From NCBI GenBank assembly GCA_965277285.1, contig OZ255721.1:864001-928000 (forward strand): a stretch of 64,000 nt of DNA, written 5' to 3'. The stretch is from Abditibacteriaceae bacterium (GTDB lineage: Bacteria > Armatimonadota > Abditibacteriia > Abditibacteriales > Abditibacteriaceae). The notes under the pieces were generated by a model, which worked only from the letters and a program-made list of their open reading frames with translations, was not told where the DNA came from and searched no databases. Of the stretch, positions 59,901 to 64,000 are shown piece by piece (the stretch's first letter is position 1; each line of letters starts with the position of its first letter). The translations under genes and the position numbers were made by a program.

Positions 59901-62900
59901 TCGAACGTAGGGGCTTGGCGCGCCAAGCCCGCTATCAGCATTTGCAACTAACGAGGTTGCGAGAAATGCGGGCTTGGCGCGCCAAGCCCCTATGATTTGG
60001 TTTGCCGCAAGGCGTCCATTTTCCGGCGTGCGCTCTACAAACACCGGAGGATTGATGGTGTTGCGCCACAATTGCCACGCCAGCAAACCCGACAGAAGCG
60101 ACACAATCGCCAGGCGCCAGAGAAAATTGCGGCTCTGGTTTTTGGCGCGACTGGCCGCGTCCTGCGAGGTTTGCCATTCCAACAAATGCCGGTGCGAAAC
60201 TAATCGCCGATACCAGACGCGGCCAATCGCATCCAGCGAAACGCCCGCCTGATGCGGCAACAACGCCAAACTCAAAACCGCGCGCAAGATGCTTCCTGCC
60301 CAATCGCGCCAGGGCACGACGCGCAACATCGAGCGCGAAGTCAGCCACGTTACAGTGCCTGTCAAAGTCGGCAGAAAGGCGGCCAGCAATACCAATTTGG
60401 TCACGGCGCGCGCGCTTTGCGGCATCCACAACCATGACAACAACAGCAACGTGAGGGTCGCAATCGGGACCAGGCTGCGGCGCAAATTATCGAAGATTTT
60501 CCACTTGTTCAAACCCGACAAAGGATTGCGAATTTTGCGTCCATCGTGTGAGGGAACATGGCCAAACGCCCAGTTGGAAATCTGCCAATCGCCGCGAATC
60601 CAGCGATGATTGCGCTTGGCATACGCCAGATAATTGGAAGGAAACTGGTCGAACAATTCGATGTCGGTCGCCAGTCCGACGCGAACGTGCGCGCCTTCGA
60701 TCAAGTCGTGCGACAACAATGTCGCGTCGGGAAAGCGATTATCGAGTACTCGATGAAAGGCGTGCAGGTCGTAAATGCCTTTGCCGTGATACGCGCCTTC
60801 GCCCGACAAATCCTGATACACGTTCGACACCAAATGCGTATAAGGATCCGTCCCGCGTGCGTCGGTAAACAAGCGCGAAAACCGTGTCGCAACCGCGCTG
60901 GGCAAAGCCGTCGAAACGCGCGGCTGAATAATTCCATAGCCGCCGGTTACAATTCCCGCCGTATTAAAACGCGGGCGATTGAGAGGATGCGCCAGCGTCT
61001 CGATCATTTCGCGCGCGCTGTCGTGTGGCAATTGCGTATCGGCATCCAGCGTAATAACGAATTGAATGCCCTGCAAATCTTCGATTTTTCCGACGCGCAA
61101 CAGCGACGCCGGATTTTGATGCGCGCCGACCAAAAGCGCGTTCATTTCTTCCAATTTGCCGCGCTTGCGCTCCCAACCGATCCACTTGTTTTCGCCTTTT
61201 GACCAACTGCGTTCGCGGTGAAACAGGAAGAATTTGCCGTCGCCATAACGCGCGTTCAGCCCGCCAATCGCGCTTTTCAAAGCGGACAGCAATTCTTCAT
61301 CGTTTGGCAAATGCTGCGCGTCGGCGTCCACGTAATCGGACAAAAGTGCGAAGCGCAAGTTGGCGTCAGCGTTCGCCAAGAAACGCACTTCCAAACGCTC
61401 GACATCTTCCCGAATGCTGTCTAAGGAAGACGCCAGCATCGGGACGACGACAAGCGTTCGCGCATCGTCGGGAATGCCGTTGAGGAACGACATCTTTTGC
61501 AAAGCGCGCGGCGGCAAAAAGCGCGTCAGCAGATAATCGACGGTTTGAACCGCAATTTCCGAAGCCGGAAGAACTGCTAAAAGACCCAAAATCCAACGCG
61601 CCGAAAGCGGAACGTTATACGGAAAGTCGTGCGGCAAAGCGTGCAGCAATCGCCACAAAAGCGCGGTTGTGACCAGCGCCACGCCGCCGATATAAACCAG
61701 AGCCGCATTGTGAAAAACCGCGCGCCGCAATCGAGTACTCAATGGCACGAACGCGCCGGTTCGGGATTCCAAACGCGCGCGCCCGTTATCGACCAGAAAA
61801 TATCCGACGTGACTGCGATGTGGAAAACTGGCGTCCGCCGTGCCGCGCATGATGGGTTCAAGCGCCAGATTCAAGGTCGTGTGCGCGACTTCGAGTTCGG
61901 AACGTTTCGCCCAGCGCGCGACTTCCTCCACCGCGCGACGATAACGGTCGCGCGTGGCGAAATCCATTTGCGGATAAACGCCAGCCGGATCCAGCCCAAG
62001 TTCGCGGTGAACCAGGCTGACGTCCTCGAAAATCTCGCGCCAATCGATGTCGAGCAAAGCGCGCAGGCTGCCGATAATGTTGGCAATCGAAAGCTGATCG
62101 GCAGCTTGGCGACGCTGTTCGGTTTGCACGATCTGGTCGAGAGGCGCATCCAAACGGCGTTCGAGCCAACTGCGTACCGGAGTTAGAACGCTTTCTTCGT
62201 CTTGCAATTGCGAGCGCAAGCGGTCGGCGAAATGCGGCGTCAGGGGAAACGTGGCGCGCGACAATTGCGCCAGCAAATTCAAGTGTTGATCGCCGTCGCG
62301 CCGCGCGCTGAGCAGCAAGCGATTGGCCCAGAAGTCGGCGCGCTCGCGTTCGATCTGCCGCGCACCGACGCCTTCGGCCAAATGCTGCAACTTCTCGATC
62401 AAGGCCAGGCGCAACAAAAGCGGCATCGCCCACAATTCGCCTAATGTCAGAGGCGCGATTTCCTGATAGGAACGCAGAAAATCGGTGATGTTTTGTGGGC
62501 TGAAATGCGCGTCCGTGCTGTTGATAAGTTCGAGCGACAAGGCGTAAATGCGCGGCAAGCCGGCCAGGTTTCCTTCGCTGAGAACCGGCAATTCGCGGTA
62601 GAAGCCGCGCGTCAGGTTGTTGCGCACGTCTTTGATTTGGCCTTGCACCAGAAACGCGTTGTCGAGCAGCCATTCGCCCGAAATCGAAACGCTCTGTTCC
62701 AAGAGCGACGCTTCGCCCAACGTTGTCGTAATGCCTTCGATGACCTGGCGGCTTTGTCCCAGACGTTGCAGCAAAGCCTGATCGCGCCCGCCGCGCCGCG
62801 TTTTTTGCGAGGCCGCCAGTTGTCGCGCGCGTTCGTTCAAACGGTCGGGCGTCAAAGGTTCGATGCGTGGCGCGGCTGCAGTCGCCATTCGAGTACTCGA

Positions 62901-63434
62901 TGGGCGCAAAACAAAGGTCGCGGGCGGTTCGTTGCCGACCGTGCGCAAGGTTTGCCAGGCGTTCGCCATTTGCCACGCTTCGGCCTGCACCACGACGAGG
63001 GTTTCGCCGCGCACGATCAAGGGCGCGAAACGGCGCCGTATGCTCGCGCTCCAAACGCGTTGCGCCAACGCCGAAAACAAAGCGCCGCCGAACAAACCAA
63101 GCGCCAGGCAGGGCAGCAGCAAATTCAAAAACGCCGGATGCGCTGGCCACAATCGCTCGAGCCACAATGCTTGCCCGATAAATGGCACGCGATCGAAAAT
63201 CGGCGTCAGGGCGAACAAAGGCCACAACGCCAGCGCCAGCAAAAGGCCAGTCATCAGCCCCCACAACGCGCCGCGCCGCAACGCCGTCGGATTGCGACGA
63301 ACACGCACGCGACCTTCGGCTGTTTTATGGAGCGCGACGCAGCGCGAATAAGTTCCGCGCGAAAGGGCGCGAACAGCGTCAACGGCAGCGGGCTGATTTT
63401 GAAAAAAACCCAGGACAGTTCCCAGAGGAGTCAT
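53916..63434 (-). CDS. Cyclic beta-1,2-glucan synthase (Cgs/NdvB/ChvB-like; GT84 + glucoamylase-like + GH94 domains)
   Basis: GWERKRGKL, ITLDADT, LLSHDLIEG, RWIRGDWQ, LPPDNYQE..RTSPTNIG, SWSGTMFEY, QSGGAYGFRDQLQD, GDWNDG, RENGGQYTHAA. Confidence 0.95.
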   Translation of the reverse strand: MTPLGTVLGFFQNQPAAVDAVRALSRGTYSRCVALHKTAEGRVRVRRNPTALRRGALWGLMTGLLLALALWPLFALTPIFDRVPFIGQALWLERLWPAHPAFLNLLLPCLALGLFGGALFSALAQRVWSASIRRRFAPLIVRGETLVVVQAEAWQMANAWQTLRTVGNEPPATFVLRPSSTRMATAAAPRIEPLTPDRLNERARQLAASQKTRRGGRDQALLQRLGQSRQVIEGITTTLGEASLLEQSVSISGEWLLDNAFLVQGQIKDVRNNLTRGFYRELPVLSEGNLAGLPRIYALSLELINSTDAHFSPQNITDFLRSYQEIAPLTLGELWAMPLLLRLALIEKLQHLAEGVGARQIERERADFWANRLLLSARRDGDQHLNLLAQLSRATFPLTPHFADRLRSQLQDEESVLTPVRSWLERRLDAPLDQIVQTEQRRQAADQLSIANIIGSLRALLDIDWREIFEDVSLVHRELGLDPAGVYPQMDFATRDRYRRAVEEVARWAKRSELEVAHTTLNLALEPIMRGTADASFPHRSHVGYFLVDNGRARLESRTGAFVPLSTRLRRAVFHNAALVYIGGVALVTTALLWRLLHALPHDFPYNVPLSARWILGLLAVLPASEIAVQTVDYLLTRFLPPRALQKMSFLNGIPDDARTLVVVPMLASSLDSIREDVERLEVRFLANADANLRFALLSDYVDADAQHLPNDEELLSALKSAIGGLNARYGDGKFFLFHRERSWSKGENKWIGWERKRGKLEEMNALLVGAHQNPASLLRVGKIEDLQGIQFVITLDADTQLPHDSAREMIETLAHPLNRPRFNTAGIVTGGYGIIQPRVSTALPSAVATRFSRLFTDARGTDPYTHLVSNVYQDLSGEGAYHGKGIYDLHAFHRVLDNRFPDATLLSHDLIEGAHVRVGLATDIELFDQFPSNYLAYAKRNHRWIRGDWQISNWAFGHVPSHDGRKIRNPLSGLNKWKIFDNLRRSLVPIATLTLLLLSWLWMPQSARAVTKLVLLAAFLPTLTGTVTWLTSRSMLRVVPWRDWAGSILRAVLSLALLPHQAGVSLDAIGRVWYRRLVSHRHLLEWQTSQDAASRAKNQSRNFLWRLAIVSLLSGLLAWQLWRNTINPPVFVERTPENGRLAANQIIGAWRAKPAFLATSLVANADSGLGAPSPYVRFIQYSNGDASLQTDAPRTTETFASPETWETPTDESTPESALWYATPFLLLWALAPLFVRWLDGGRLKTVTQGLSGEERTYLRHLARQTWRYFDDFLGPQNNWLPPDNYQESLNTGVAPRTSPTNIGLWMLSALAARDFGYLNFDQVVDRCNATIDTLENLEKHDGHLLNWYDITTLKPLPPRYVSTVDSGNLIVSMWAFGQGCRAALNEPVLTQSVLHGLSDTLAILQRESTALSPESSTRIATLQTLFVQTPQTVDDLIAVLRAAGEPSYALTKILRESAAPAPSIYWANALECQVAACNETIDRYLLWAVRLAEISDEALISLGETALAAKRDALKIAPSLEALAHEELAPLSTLLTFRSGKLSPELDAALDEVAELSAKSRWLAGEKRAQAEAMIERNDALSDAMNLRPLYDKKKQVFTIGLNVDANRLDNSFYDLIASECRLASFAAIARGDVPAEHWLKLRRLYGASGWRAPMALLSWSGTMFEYLMPPLLTRNYPNSLLDYACRAAVTRQIAYGKRRGIPWGVSEASYSALDGNKIYQYQAFGVPGLGLKRGLEDDLVVAPYATCLALPIEPQAALENLRRLEEAGLRGGYGFYESIDYTRARVPEGERGVIVRSFMVHHQGMAFLAFDNVLHGNIMQDRFHADARVNAASPLLYESVPLAPPTYEEAPREGQTSKLKPISGGLATDEFSSPDTPTPRVNLLSNLEYSIVVSAAGGGYSRWRDFEITRWRSDVTRDNWGAFIYVRDCDEGMAWSSTHHPMGRADRRFLTTFGADRASFRRRDGEIETLTEVVVAPEDAAEIRRVTLTNTSKRTRHLELTSYLEIALAPHAADRAHPAFSKLFVQTEAVPEHRALLANWRLRSPDDAPIWACHAVVSEEQDEFDYETDRARFLGRGRDARDPIALDNPLTQTQGAVLDPVFSIRKTVTLAPGEQVKIAWVTGAGESRDRVLEIARKLGDMGSIARAFELAWTNAQLEMQRLRIEPDDVQVFQQLAGHMIYPSAGLRTSQRRIAANTLGQQGLWAHGISGDLPIMIVQVGSERDVRVVQQALLAQAFWQSRGLKTDLVILNEEAASYEQPLSESLKRVVQNSGAPLDKPGGVFLRGAKMLSDTDLTLLLSVARVVINASRGGLSQQLGTLAESAKMPPRLAIAQRPPEEPSAPLPFMELPYFNSLGGFTTDGREYAIYLGPHDTTPAPWVNVLANPRFGAMISESGPGYTWCDNSQANKITPWSNDPVSDTAGEAIYIRDEETGTFWSPTALPIRELDPYRARHGQGYSVYEHNSHAIEQELVTFVPISEAAGSGLEAGTESSTRLRFTPLETPTVRVQRLRLRNRSSHRRRLSVTLYVEWTMGTTREETSPQIVTRWDGDARLLLARNAYNPDFAHRVAFLSASPNIVSWTGDRTEFLGRNGSAEQPAALLRSGLSNRTGAALDPCGAIQVAVEIEPNGEAEVIFVLGEADTIEEAQHLARRFRDRDEAERTLHQTSGWWNDLLERVQVKTPDLAVDFMMNRWLLYQTLCCRIWGRSAFYQSGGAYGFRDQLQDVMAVTHSAPNVAREQILRAAAHQFKEGDVQHWWHPPSGAGVRTRFSDDLLWLPYVVSQYVRVTGDWSVLDEEVPFLEGKILEPNEHEIYAQPQVSSEKATIFEHCRRSIEKGLTQGPHGLPLIGIGDWNDGMSRVGVEGRGESVWLAWFLIDVLNRFAEICTHQGDTAQSSTRTAQATHLAQVVEETAWDGEWYRRAYFDNGSPLGSHLSDEAKIDSLAQTWSILSGAGNPQRSETAMRSVEKFLVKDDDKMVLLFTPPFDKSAQDPGYIKGYVPGVRENGGQYTHAALWVAQAFARKGDGDRAVDILRMLNPVEHARTPHDVETYKVEPYVVAADVYALQDRVGQGGWTWYTGSSSWMYRVWLEDVLGVQRRGDILHIVPNIPRTWNEYSIRYKFGASVYNISVQNPDGGKTVSSLVVDGLLVRVTDGIALMDDGREHDVRVRL

Positions 63435-63683
63435 GCAACGCGGCCTTTAGAGGAGAAATTGAGTATGGTAAAGATAGGAAGCGGTCAACCGCGATTGCCA
63501 AAAAGTCGTTGCGGCTGCAAACTGCGAGGTGTCGCTTTACGAAATAATGACGAATCAACGCGAGCGACAAAGAAAAATCAAGCGCACGAAAGCGACTTGA
63601 CCCTTTCATTTTAATTGAGAAGACGCTCATTGAACAATGTGCGCTGCTTCCGATTCGTTCCAATTCCTGCCGTTTCAGCCATT

Positions 63684-64000
63684 ATGAGTACTCGAAACTC
63701 TTTCCCCGACGAACGCGAAACGCCATCGCGCGTGAACTCGCAGAACATAAAATCGAGCGATGACACGCGCCTTGATGCCGTTGTCATTGATGATCCAGCG
63801 GACGATACAGCCCACACGCCGCGCAACGGCGCGTTGTGGCTGATGCTTTCACTGCTGGCGTTTTACGCCGTCTTTTCGCTGGGCGCCTGGAGCCAGAAAC
63901 ATTCGTCGCAACCGCCGGTTATCGGCCCAATTTCTTCGCACGACGCGACGACTTCCGCGAAAATCGTGGTTCATGTCGCGGGTGCGGTGCGGCGTCCCGG
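63684..64000 (+). CDS. comEA: ComEA family competence/DNA-binding protein, N-terminal part (runs off the window)
   Basis: Hand translation: MSTRNSF...TM helix LWLMLSLLAFYAVFSLGAW...KIVVHVAGAVRRPG (SLBB start typical of ComEA); HhH domain not visible. Confidence 0.75.
   Translation, partial: MSTRNSFPDERETPSRVNSQNIKSSDDTRLDAVVIDDPADDTAHTPRNGALWLMLSLLAFYAVFSLGAWSQKHSSQPPVIGPISSHDATTSAKIVVHVAGAVRRP

Larger units (their letters stand above)
1725..63695. repeat. Dispersed, highly iterated 12-bp palindrome TCGAGTACTCGA (often ATCGAGTACTCGAT)
   Basis: About 53 exact copies, e.g. 1725, 2253, 3142, 3811, 4317, 4885, 6091, 6949, 8706, 10680, 13663, 14315, 16257, 21294, 26977, 27825, 30237, 35129, 46261, 51528, 55944, 59178, 62889; about 25 variants. 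Confidence 0.97.

Noticed and set aside
1725..63695. 12-bp palindrome as a linker/adapter artefact or as true SlmA sites
   Set aside because: Copies preserve reading frames of conserved genes and show natural mismatch variants; the outer bases differ from the SlmA consensus and the density is far higher

Overview
Bacterial chromosomal window of moderately high GC; gene content and style suggest an Armatimonadota/Abditibacteriota-like organism (my inference, not tested). It carries housekeeping genes (purS/Q/L/F, metH, metF, thrS, infC-rpmI-rplT, pheST, queF, gnd, pncA/pncB, msrA), sugar-active enzymes (GH65, GH92, GH99-like, a 3172-aa cyclic beta-1,2-glucan synthase), two GGDEF genes, two HUH/Y1 transposase genes with nonsense lesions, many REP-like palindrome families and the 5' end of comEA. 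Two things stand out. (1) The 12-bp palindrome TCGAGTACTCGA occurs about 53 times exactly by hand count, plus about 25 variants with 1-2 mismatches. Copies are spaced roughly every 0.5-1.2 kb, sit inside core genes in all three frames (SSTR / IEYS / RVLE-D) and are built into terminators, suggesting a HIP1/DUS-like genome-wide signal. (2) An unannotated RiPP-like locus at the left edge has three tandem 52-55 aa precursor peptides sharing YEAPR[IV]ExVLTxExLEREVAYAG plus short variable tails, followed by a PqqD/RRE protein and a gene running off the window. All coordinates and counts were read by eye.
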